From Tubulanus polymorphus (taxonomy: Eukaryota; Animalia; Nemertea), in the NCBI RefSeq assembly GCF_964204645.1, contig NC_134026.1:28306150-28370149 (forward strand): DNA of 64,000 nt, given 5' to 3'. Under the pieces are notes generated by a model, which was given only the letters and a program-made list of their open reading frames with translations, made no database searches and was not told the DNA's origin. Shown here piece by piece: positions 38,403 through 50,253 of this stretch. Each line of letters opens with the position of its first letter. Within the stretch, counting starts at the first letter, position 1. Both the position numbers and the translations under genes were made by a program.

Positions 38403-38925
38403 TGAGTTAAAAACCCTCTGTATAATGATTGAAAAGTTTTATTTATAAAAAATTAAAACCTAGAGACACAATTTTTCGGCCTCTCGCTATAGAGATCATC
38501 GTCAGGTGTATGAATAAAATGACTAGCTGAGGGTATTAGACACCTGGGGCCAGTTGCATAGTCATGGCTTAGACTTAAGACCAGTCTAAGACCAACTTAG
38601 TTCTATAGCCAATCGAACAAATTAAGACCAGTCCTAAGATTTAAGACCACTTTTGTACTTAAGTCATGACTGTGCAACTGACCCCAGGGGCCAGTTGCAC
38701 AGTCGTGACTTAACTCCAAAAGTGGTCTTAAATCTTAAGAATGGTCTTAAGTTGTTAGATTAGCTATAGAACTAAGTTGGTCTTAGACAGGTCTTAAGTC
38801 TAAGCCATGACTATGCAACTGGCCCGAGACGATGATCTCTACAGAGAGTCCGAAACGTTTTGGTATTTTGGTTTTAATTTTTGATGAATAAGATTTAATT
38901 TTGCCTCTGGTGGGTTTTAAACTAA
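38403..38925. mobile_element. Palindromic Penelope-like remnant with two inverted hammerhead-like motifs; hosts a MITE dimer
   Basis: The left arm on - reads acacCTGACGAtgatctct..agaggccGAAAaattgtgtct..AATAAA. The right arm on + reads agacacCTG[insert]acgatgatctct..agagtccGAAAcgtt..aataag..gtgggtttt. Confidence 0.6.
38547..38825. mobile_element. Inverted dimer of a ~138-bp Harbinger-like MITE (38547-38684 and 38688-38825)
   Basis: Each unit has TIRs GGGCCAGTTGCA(T/C)AGTC...GACT(G/A)TGCAACTG(A/G)CCC. The second unit is the reverse complement of the first. The units are separated by CAG and preceded by CTG. Confidence 0.85.
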
Positions 38926-40126
38926 TTATGCCTATCTTTTCTCCGCGTCAGAATATACGGGCTATTCTATGGTACTATCGAGTGTCCTGCATAAACGACG
39001 AAACCCTGTTTAGCCGAATATGTCGTTAAACTGAGATTAAACCAGCGAGCAGTTCTCGTAATGTTCTAGTTTATTCCGTAGAATGATTAAGGATAATTCT
39101 TATTCGAGTAGAATGTATTGTGTAATACGTATGCCCCAACTGGTGCATTGAAATAACTCTTGATGAATTATTAAAAACATAGTGCAGGCTTGTTTGTGTA
39201 ATGCGGTCTGTTGTTTTGAACACTGTGGAAATACATAAAAGAGGTATACGGGTTGAATAAGGGAGTTTACGACGGGGAGAGGGGGTGCCGGGCTGGGGGG
39301 GTGCCGGGAATTGAGAACACCCCGTTTTTTGCGTGATAGTAATACAATACTTGTTTTCATCTAGTTGCGTGGTGATTTTTAGCTGCTCTGGCGACATGGA
39401 AATAACGAGAGAGAGAGAGCGAGTTAACGCTTTATTTCGGCGCTCATTTCTGACGGAATCTTCGAGCGAATGAGTATGGGAATCAATCAGGCTGTATACA
39501 CGAAACAGTGCCTGCTTCATAAGCTGAATGGAATGTAATACTCGCTTGCCAGTGTATGCTCTACCGCCCGAAAGATTATCCAATTCGATGAATGGAAATC
39601 AATTGGTTATTGACGTGAATTGTTACAATTTCTATTCACTTTGTATAGAGCGAATTGGGCTCGTCATTGTTTCCAGGGTCGCGTCATTTTTGAAAACGCA
39701 TAGATTCGAGCAAAATAACGAAAATCTCATTTTCAAATGAATGAATAAACTTGTACAATAAATTTTGTACAAATTTCTACAAATGTAGCTCCAGAAAATA
39801 TTTGTGGCAATATCTACTCATTTGTAAATGGGATTTTTACTGTATTTGCGCGGATATGGATTTTCAACTATTTATCCGAACTCTCTAAGATCACGCGATT
39901 TTGCGGTTTCATAAATATTTATCTATGATATCTAGCTGCGCCCTTATTCGCGAGTAGACAGTAGATTTCGAACGGATCTACCGACCGATGTTGTCGCGAT
40001 TGTTTATTGTTTGCAGCGACTGATAAAAAGCGTATCAATATCTAACGTATTGGATTGTTGTGTAATGGTGTCGTTCTTTTGAAAGACAGAATTCGATGGA
40101 ACTCTTCCCGTAAAATACAACATTTG

Positions 40127-40129
<3 letters not shown>

Positions 40130-40185
<56 letters not shown>
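40130..40185. repeat. (AT)n microsatellite
   Basis: Visible directly. It explains the IYIYIY ORF. Confidence 0.98.
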
Positions 40186-40188
<3 letters not shown>

Positions 40189-42062
40189 AAAAGGACGTTC
40201 GATCGATTTCATAAAATAACAAACACGACTAATAGATCAGAATGATTATCTAGTGTAACGTGCGAGTTGCGTAAACAATTCTCTACAGATCGTAACACGT
40301 CATTTTTCAATTTAAACGCAACGCCGTAAATATACATTTGCGACGCTATAATTTCTGTCGAAAAAATACAGTTAGCGATCTTAAAATGACGTGATTAGTT
40401 TTTCGGTTGTCATGAAATGCGCGTACGTATATATTTTAACTCCCCGTATCGCGGCGAAAATTGGTGAGGTGAAAATCGCCATTTCCTTTGATGTTCTATA
40501 TTTGGATATGATTATGAGCACTGATAGTCATACATGGACTGACTGAAGCTGATGTAACTAATACATTTCATCAGAAAGCCTGTTGGTGTTCAGCATTAAC
40601 TCCAATGGATAGTTGATAATGTTGAAGTCGGCAGTCACTACTGAAAGAGTAGAGGTGCTTCTTATTATTGGTTCGGTTGTCATTGAATCAAAAATTTGGA
40701 TTATTCTTGTATCTCGTTATGTATTGAATACGACCGTCAGTCATTAGATCATGAATAAAGGTACTGTTTGACTCGCCGTGCACGGAGGAGATATCTTTAA
40801 AACGATCTTATACTCCGCTGGTCTGATGTACAGGGGATATTCGATGAACATTTTTGATATTTCGGCGTAAGATTACTTAACTGTCACGTCAACACGGATA
40901 AAAAATGTTAATACGCTTTATATGAATCATATTTTGCAGGTGTAGACATTTTGCTAGAGAATAATAATACAAGGGCTATAATGGCAGAGACATTGTAATC
41001 TCAACAGTGAAACAGGGTCATCTGTGATTCAACACTAAAAACGTATGTAGATCGCACCTTCCTTGAGTGGAAGGCTAATGTTGTGAAACATACTGCGTGT
41101 GAATATGAGTTGCGGGCTGCTCATTAAGCGTATAATAGTCTGCTATTATAGTTTTACAGGTGCTATATACAACATAGTTCGGCTCAATTATAATCCTATC
41201 TAATTTTAAGTCACTTTATAGAAAATGACTTCAACCAGTGAGAAGGAATGTCGTTAGATAGACTACCCCCTCTACCTACCCTCCCCCCTCCCCCCCCCCC
41301 GTGTGTTAGTGATTTAGCTAAGAGTTCCCCACAACAAGTTCGTAGTATGTTTGCGTAATCATCATTGTACATACACGCGTGTCTATTGTTTTATTTGTGC
41401 CTTAGGATGTGGTTGAGATATGTTATGCGTATGATTCTATATAAATGCATCGCGTTCCGTCATTATTTCAAACGCTGTTAATTAATTCTCTTGTTTCGTA
41501 TGAAATTAATGTGGTTTTAGCTCTATAGTTTGAGTCGATGAGTCGGTTCTATTTTTCGCCGGTGAATTATCAACGTGAAGCTGTTGTTGGCTGTTTGATA
41601 TATCGCCGTGCGGTAACTATCGCGCCACAGTCTTGACAACGCCGGAGTTTCCAAGCATGACATCGTCGCGAGAGACGACCGCCGAGATTTATAGTTCTTT
41701 AACTACACATTTTATACGGGTTTTTCGGTTGAACCGTTCGCGAATTTTCCCGAGGTCCGGAAGTGAAAACCACCACTCGTCTGCGCTGTCACCGTCTATG
41801 TATAAATCGTTGATGAATATTTGAGCGGCTTATTTCAAATAATGAGCCGTTTTTGAAATAGATCCACGTGACTGTTTTCCCCAGGTAGATATTCTGATTA
41901 ATTTTCTCCTAAGATCTCCGGCGCAATTTTCAGCGCTCGCTCGATCATTTCCAAATTGGAAACATTGGATATTGAAACGTAAAAGCGTGTTATTATTAAA
42001 TGGTGGTGGTTTTCATATCAACACAGATATATTAATCAATGCCTCATGGCACCACACACACT

Positions 42063-42098
<36 letters not shown>
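42063..42098. repeat. (CG)4(CA)14 microsatellite
   Basis: Alternating purine-pyrimidine tract visible directly. Confidence 0.95.
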
Positions 42099-42102
<4 letters not shown>

Positions 42103-43000
42103 GCTCGGGCACTAATAATAAATATATAGAGTCTACCGATGCCTGACGACATCAGTAGAATTGCTGCGTACTGCTATAAACTAATCAAATGATTACTATA
42201 AAGTCCTTGCATACGTCATACGTATTAACCAGAGATGGGTAGAAAAAAAAACACTAATCTTTTAGCTAGTTTATTTTTATTGCGCGATCATGCCTCGTGT
42301 GTATTATTATATTATTCTGCGCGGTGAAGATCCTGAAAAATTTGAAACGCGCTCATGTTAATGGGGATTATAGTTAAGCTCGTATGTAACGCACTATTAT
42401 AAGAAATCTACTTTCTGTAATTGTGAGCTCGTTACAGAAATCACGTACAACTCATCGTGGAGTGATGAAACCGAATATGAAACCTTTGTTCCGTTAGTAA
42501 TAACTGTAAGAGTTTACTGCAGTTGATTGAAGTCTGCGCCGCTTATTTACGTTTTTACTATTGATAATTGGCGATAAAAGTTGATAAAGCATCGATTCGA
42601 TGTAATACTGCGGCGATACATATTCGGTAGTTTCTAGCGCGTCGAATAGATCTGGTGTTTGTCATAGATACTCGCCTAAGCCTCGATGTGCGTCCCATTG
42701 GGAGGATATATCGGCTATGTCAGTCGTAACAAAGGGTTAAAGGCCTGTTGCCATAACCTGATATGACGATATCCTGTCTATTGCTCTCTCTCTCACAAGA
42801 ATCCAGTTTTTAATGGCTGGTTTACCAACGCTTAGTCATTACAAGAATTTCCTTTCGCGTGGATGAATGAAATGTATATAATCTATGTTTCTGCTGTTGA
42901 TCGATTATTCGTTTCGTATATTTTCAGATTCGTTGATAAGTCACGTGTATTATGTTTTATCAAGAAGGCACCCAAGTATACGACTCCTCTGGGTGTCGCA

Positions 43001-46000
43001 ATGCACAATAACATCGATACGTTCAACCCGCTCGATGTATTGGCCGCTGCTGCTGCTCTACAAAGTGCCACCACTGATGATGGAGAGACGGCGGACGACG
43101 ATTCCTCCGATCGCGTTACACGATCGCGGCGTAAAACGAACTCGGATCACGCCCCACAGGTGAAGCGAAGTCGTAGTTTCGTAGCGGGTAATCATGGACG
43201 CGAGCAGCCGAGTCGCGGCGCGAGGGCGCCGCCGGTCGCGGGGCATCGTGTGCGTACGCGCAGTAACAACGAATCGCGCGTGTGGTTCAGTCGTCGTACG
43301 TCGTGCGGCGACCCGGCGACCACCGGTAACAGCTGCTACCTCGATCATTCATACGCGAACTTCGTCGCGTTCTCCGCCAATGACGATAAAACGATGACCG
43401 ATGATTTGAACGGCGACGACGATGAAAGCGACGATGAGGACGTAGAACGCGCGAAACAGAAATCCATCCTCGAACGCGACGAATCTCGTAATATTACCGC
43501 GAACTCGCGAAGCGACGACGAGGAATCTTCACCCGATTCCGTTCCTGTCGATTCCTCATCAGCCGATATTTCGAACGCGGTAAATAACGGCGTTATTTTA
43601 AACGCCGCGGTGTCAGAGGAGGATTCACGTGCGGGTCGTAGTTCGGCGAACGGGGATTTAAGCGGCAGTCGTTCGCTAGATTCGATGGATCTCGTAGATC
43701 AGTCGCGATCGCCAGTCGCTACTGACGATACGCAATCGCACGATCGATCTATAAACAATCGAACGAAATGTCCATTCGTCAACTGTGAAGATCATTCGTT
43801 AGGTTCAGCACCGAGTGCCGCGGGAATCGATGATTTCGAGAAAGACGCCCAAAATGATACCGCGACCGTTAAACTCAATGAGCTGAACGGTGTATCATCG
43901 GATACGTGTGATACTAATAACTCACCGGCAGCTAATGATCTCAAACATCGCGTTGAAGTGAGTAAAACTAACCAGTGTCAACTCGAGTCTGAATTAGAGA
44001 CTTGTGTAGAAGGTTCGGTCGCCGCACTAAACAACTCTGCATTAGTTGATAACTGTTCATCGGCTGTAACTCCGAATGAAGAACGTTCGACGGATAATCC
44101 TGTTATCGACGCTGATTGCGTTGATAGTACCGATAGTCAGAATGTTGATGACGAGAATGTGGCTAACGATACGTGTTCTAACTGTGCGGAGAATGTTGAA
44201 AATCTGGACGATAATAACGCGTCTGTTTCAAACTCTAGTTCTATTGTCGACCGCGTTGAAGACAAAGCTATGAATAATGAACTGGAGGAACCGAAACCGC
44301 CCGATGGGGATTGTCGAAGTGCCGAGTTACCACATCCTGATGTTACAGTCTCTGTAGATGATGTATCCTCGCTGAAACCTGATATAGATACACCGCCCAT
44401 TACGAATGATTCGTCGGTATCTGTGGATAAAACTGATCTAACTGACTGTAATAAGGTCGGCGCTGATAATAAGAATTCTCCACCAGATAAATCGGACTCT
44501 ACCGTCGAGTCTGTTACGGTTAGTGCAGTGCCCGGTGCTGATTCTAATTCAAACGTAAATGACTCGCTACCGGAAGAAACGGAACCCACTTTTGAAGCGC
44601 CAAAAGTTTCGTTAAATGACGCGACTTCGTCGAGTATCGTAGTGAATAATGTCGTTAGTCCAGTTCGAACTCATCCAATAATTCGGGCGTTACCGACGTC
44701 ACCGTTGAGTGCGACGCGTATGCTCGGTACGGTTATTCCCGGACAGAGACCGATGATCGCCGTTCCCGTGATCGCCGTTCCTGTAAATAAAAACGTTCCC
44801 TCTGCCGGTACGATTCTAACGCCACGACTCGCCGGACAAACATTCACCAGCGTTAATCAGACAAATATGGGTACGATTCTCGTGCCGACGACTAGTACCG
44901 TACAAAATCCGGTCGTAAATCCAGCTCGACGAACTAATCTTTTTAAAGGCGCCCAGTCGTCATCGTTAGGATTCGCCGGCTCGTTTCAATTAGTTACAGG
45001 TAACGTCGGTAGCACGTCGTTAACAACTCTAAACGGCGGAATTATCGACGATTTATCCGGTACCGGAAAGATCGCGCCTGTTACTGATTGTCGGAAAAAT
45101 GTCGACGATAACAATGAAATCATCGATGTCGTTTCTCCGGCCGACGCTTCGCTTAAGGTAGGGTTCTCAAGTCCGAATAAGTTCAGCAGGTATCGACTGA
45201 CTCCGAGTTTACCGGAATCGCCGATAACTCCGGTACCGTTCAGCAGTGTACAAACGACTCCAACGGAATCCAGTGCCAACGTATCTCCGGAAATACAGTC
45301 GGATTCGAAGACGAATGAAATAGCTGAGTTGATCCAAGCATCGGCTACAGCGACCGCGGTACCTACTGTAAATAAGTCGGCGTTAATTAAACCTGTACCT
45401 CAGATTGTACAGACATTCACCGGATTACCGACGACTGTTTCCATGCAACAGTTGAATAACAATGGTATTTCTTCGTTGTACCAAAGTGAACTCGCGCAAC
45501 AATTGCTGCGCGCTCAGAATCGTCCAGTTGGTCGACCGCCGAAAGAACGGAACAAGTATAAAGTGTCTTCGGCGCGTTCGCGGATCGAAGGAGTTCGACC
45601 GTTGTCTCATCACGCGGCGACGCAGATTCACGAGAACCTTCGCCCTCATCCGCTGCGCGATCACGATTACTGCCTGCATTCCTTCTATCAGGTGGTCGCA
45701 TTCACGAAACAAGAAGAAAAACGCGAAATCAAAGAGGAAAAAGAGCAGAAGAAGTTGGAAGAAAAACAGGAGAAAAAGAAAAAGAAGGAACTGCTTCGTT
45801 TGAAAAAGATGCGCGAATCGGAATCGTCTAAATCGCGCAAATACAAACGACGAATCGACAAAAATAAGAAGAAAAAGAAGAAGTTATCTCTCGATAGTTC
45901 GGAGACGTCCGATTTCTCCCCGGAAAAATTGATCAAATCGGAACCCGGCGAGATTGTGAACTTTGAACTCGGCGGCGAAGAACTGAAGTTCGAAACTATC

Positions 46001-49000
46001 GACACGAGCAGCGAAATGGCGGCTAGTGACAGTATAAAATCAGAGCCATCGTCCCCCGGCTCGTTTTACGGTAAAGAAAGTCGTTCTCTGCGTAAGAAAG
46101 AGCACCAGCAGTCGCTGCGTATGCGAAACGACGACAGGGTTAAAATCACAGGAACGTCCAGTTTTCAAAATCAGTTCGTGTTTTACGCGACGAAAAAACC
46201 GAGGCGTCGCGCTCGTCCGGATGTCGACAATCTTCAAACGAAAGGAATTCGACCGTCGAATTCGGCGGAATTCCTGCCCGGTTTAGACGCTACATATCTG
46301 GAGGCGAAGGCGAAATTTGTCGCCGCGCAACAGAAAAAAGAAGAGAACCTCATCAATCCACCAAAGTATCCCGTTCCATATTTGGATGCAGAGAATGAAT
46401 TGCACAATGATGACGTATTTAGTAGCATTCCTACTAGTAGCGGAAACGCCGTCGGGAATCTAACGTCGGAGATCGATCATCTCGATCTCGCGCCCGATTT
46501 CAACCCGTCGATTCCGAAGGGAAAACTCGCGGTCGGCGTAACCGAAGAGGAGAGCAATTTCCTCGAGACTCTTTGTAACGACGTGCACGGACACGCGGAA
46601 CCGAACCACGCAGCGGCAGATCTCTCGCAGGAACTCGACAACATGGGATTCAATCTTACTCCCGAGCAGGTGAAAGAGTTCCTCGCTACGTTCGGCGTCG
46701 AGAAAGCGGCGAAGTTACTGACCGGCGATCCCGATCTGAAAATCGCAACCGATCATCAGATAAATGCGGATGGTTCCGGTCCGTCTGAAGTCGCGCAAGA
46801 CATTTCAACTTCGACCATTAGCGAAACTCTTCTCCATAATCCGCCGATGTTGTCGGGTATGTCGACGAATAGTGACGTTCTTATAAATGATACGGTAGTA
46901 ACATCGAGCCCGGTACCAACTACTGACGTAACTCACTCGCTACCGACAACCGAAGCGAAAGAAGCTCTACATCAGCCGTCGGAACTCGGAGCCGACTTGG
47001 CGAACGATAGCACTCCTCACGACCTGTTCGATCTCGACACCAGCGATCTGTTCAGCGAATGTGTAAATATAAACTCGATATTGAATTTTCAGTCTCCCGA
47101 GAAGTCAGTGAATTCTAGTCAAGGCTATTCGTCCATTACGAAAACGCGTAAATTAGATTTCGAGGGGATCGATGATAAATCACAGATCGACATGACAGGC
47201 GCGGGAGACGCGTCCAATTCGACCAATTTTTCGAAGTCGGATTCAGTATCGAGCATTTCGTCGGATCACTCGCGCAGCACCGCTATTCATAACCATCCGC
47301 AGGGCAACAATTTCACGATCGGTAAACCGGAGAGCATGTTTAAATCTCAATTCATGAAGAAACTGGTCAGCGACGCGCCTGAAGTCACCGACCCCGGCGT
47401 GCCTGATCTTATAATGGTGAATATGTTCTGGAACGATTTACCGGGGCTTTACATCAAAGGCAAGGAATACGTTCGTCTCGTCGATATCCATAAACAAGTT
47501 CTTCCGGCGAAGCCGACTGGTTTGTTAAAAAATCGCTGTCGCGCCCTCAACTTAGAATTCACGAATTCCACCGAACTTCAGCGCGACTTCCTGATTCGTT
47601 ACGCGCATGCAGCCGCGTCGCGTAGCACGTTGATCGTCACGAAAGAGGTCGCCGAGATTCTGATCGGTTATTACGTGAATCCTCCGCCGCGGGCGTCTCG
47701 TACCGATATCAAAGACGAACCGGAAGAGGATGTCGATTCCGACGACGAGATGTCGATTCCGGCGAGTTCAATCACGTCGAACGAAGAAATCGGGAAAGGA
47801 AAACGAAAGCGCGGCGGAACGTTGGCTCGATGGCAGCGCAGGCGTAAACAACAACGACTCGCTAGACAACGTAAAAACAACGTCAACCGTCGACCGGAAA
47901 AGAAAAAACCGATTAAGTTACTGGTGAATCTGAAAGAAGCTAAGGCTGCAATTAAGGGTAAACCGAGGTATGTTATTCTTGCGAAACGAATTCATAAATT
48001 TAAGATGAATTCGTAAATGTCAGGTAGTACTTTAGTACTAGGTTAACTTGAATTAATCAAAAATTACAAACTTTCCCTGTCAGTGCATAGTAGCTTTATC
48101 AGGACCGGGTCCCACAGTTCTGAGTTTAGATTTGGGAACTGGTTCCCTGGTTATTGAGTGTTGAAAAGGTAAAGTCAGGTACCTTATACCTTACCAAACT
48201 ATAATATAAATGTTCATTTGCCGGATGAAGCTGCTATACTTAAGTAGCGAAAGCTTGTACTTTTATTGAAATATAGATAACCTCCAAATACTATCTGTCT
48301 TCATGTTTACTGATTTAACACCAGATTAACAACTCGACAACCTCCTCAGGTTTAGGACAGTCATCTCAAAATGTCATAAAATTTTGTTTCAGTTCACCTG
48401 AAAAGACTGCTATGTACTTGGAAAGTTCTGACAGTGATGTGAATACAGCAACGAGTTCAGACTCTGATGATACGACCGATCGCTTGGAACAGATTCGTAA
48501 ATTACGAAATCGAGCCAAGTATCTCCGAAGTGAAATCCTGAAAGTAGGCCGAAAGCAACGCAGTAACAGCAAAACAAAAATAGACATCAGCGTTCCTGGT
48601 GTTGGTTTTAATTCGGTTTCAAAAGATAATAACGTAATTCGGATTAAAGCACCTAAATCAGTGCCAGTTACTAAAGTAGTCAGTGTTTCTGGAAACAACG
48701 GCAAATCCCCCTTGAAAGTAACTGGTAAAGGTGTGAAAATCAACAATTGTAAAAAAGCCGATCTGACCATCGTGAAGCCATCTTTTCTGTCTACAGATGT
48801 GAAAAGTACTTCGAAAATAATAACTGTTTCAAAGCCATCTTTGAACGCTGTTCCCGTTATTATCAATCGAAAAACATCAGCTGAGAACGATCGTGATACA
48901 CATACAAAAACTGATGTTAAGAGTGTCGTAGATGATATTCCGAAAATTTCCATAAATAGTTCGGCGCAAATAGAAAATGATGACTCTGATAATGTTGGAA

Positions 49001-50253
49001 CGACCAATGAGCGTTTGACTAAAAATGAAACTTCGTCGGAAAACATTGAAGATGAAGTTGTTCTTTTAAAAGAAGAACCAACCGTGCCCACGTGCAAAGA
49101 TGTTGATAGTAGTGCCCCTGTTGAGACGGATGAAACTGAAAATGTGAATAAAAAATATTTTCAGAGTCCAGTAAATATCTGTCGGACTTTACAACAAGCT
49201 AGCGTTGATGAAATTGAAGTAATCGAACTCAGCGATGAGTATACATCGCCGAAAAAATGTGCTCCATCTAGTCCCGAAAATAATAAAACGGCAACAACGA
49301 AGAATAATTCTCGAATAATGATCGTTGAACATTACGATAATCCGTTATCAGAGAATGTAAAACAGAATGGCGGGTGCTCACAAATAGGTGAACTACGTTT
49401 GGATTTATACGGAACGAAAACTGCCCAATGTCTGAAATGCGTCGAGTGCGACAAGTTCTTTTCGGTGAATGATTTTCTGGAGCACTTGCACAGTAGAAAC
49501 AACTCGCAACAACTCGCTGATGTGTTAGTTCCGCAAAAGCTCCGACTTTTGAATGCGAAGCCGACTTTGCAGGACGCGAAACGTTGGAAAGAATTCCAAA
49601 TCCGACAGAAACGATTCAACGGTTCCTCAACTACGCAGCAGCCGAACAGCGCAACTGTCCGAGCGATTAATTTCGACGAATCTAAAAGCAGCGTCCACGA
49701 TCGGACAAATTCTACAGGCAGCTTGAACGGAGGGGGTACGCGACAGAGTAAACGCGCTAGAAAACCTAAACAATTGTTCTCATTCGAAAAATATGTGTTC
49801 CCCGATGTGAATTCATCGGCTTCAAAAACAACCGACGACGAAAGTTTTATAGATGATATCGATGAGTCGCTGCTCGTTTCAGCCGATGACGTTGCCGTCG
49901 ATTCTAACGCGAATGATGATAATTCGGCGACGAAACGTAGAAAATCCGAGGAAAATTTCATCAATAATGGCGACGATTCCGGTGTTATAGATAGCGGCGA
50001 GATCGAATTCAAAAAGCCCCAAACGATGCACAATGTGCAGTTTAAAACGGCTAATGTAACGCGTCGACGCAGTGAAGGGCAGACGCTCGCACCTCGGTCG
50101 TCGGAAGGCGGTAAACGTCACGCTCGCAGTAAATCTTCTCCTGAACTGTCCGATGCTTCTCCGGCGAAGAAGCGTAAAGTTGAAACTAGTCCACTGTCAC
50201 CGCGTACTTCAGCGCGTAGAGCCTCTCTCATTAAAACTAGGTATAAACGTTAA
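43001..50253 (+). CDS. Large (~2275 aa) Ski/Sno/Dach-domain-like nuclear protein; coding exons 43001-47967 and 48393-50253
   Basis: Acceptor at 42928/42929, ATG at 43001, donor AG|GTATGT at 47967, acceptor TTTCAG|T at 48393 in frame. DHD-like block at 47405-47674, SAND-like block at 49315-49625, poly-Lys NLS-like stretches, GRP AT-hook. Confidence 0.85.
48102..48146. mobile_element. Internally deleted Harbinger-like MITE remnant
   Basis: gaccgggtcccacagtt...gggaactggttcc flanked by CAG and CTG. Similar to the ends at 15671 and 31799. Confidence 0.5.

Noticed and set aside
39071-39583. 170-aa minus-strand ORF
   Set aside because: No recognisable protein features. It overlaps G-rich and GA-repeat regulatory-like sequence in the Ski-like 5' region.
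40004-40222. ORF with IYIYIY run
   Set aside because: It is a translation of the (AT)n microsatellite.
42863-43000. ORF-track start at 42863
   Set aside because: It lies upstream of a good acceptor (TTTTCAG at 42922-42928). The first exonic in-frame ATG is at 43001.
44137-50033. Long antisense ORFs (150, 243, 233 aa etc.) opposite the Ski-like exons
   Set aside because: They are shadows of low-complexity coding sequence, with no motifs or splice support.
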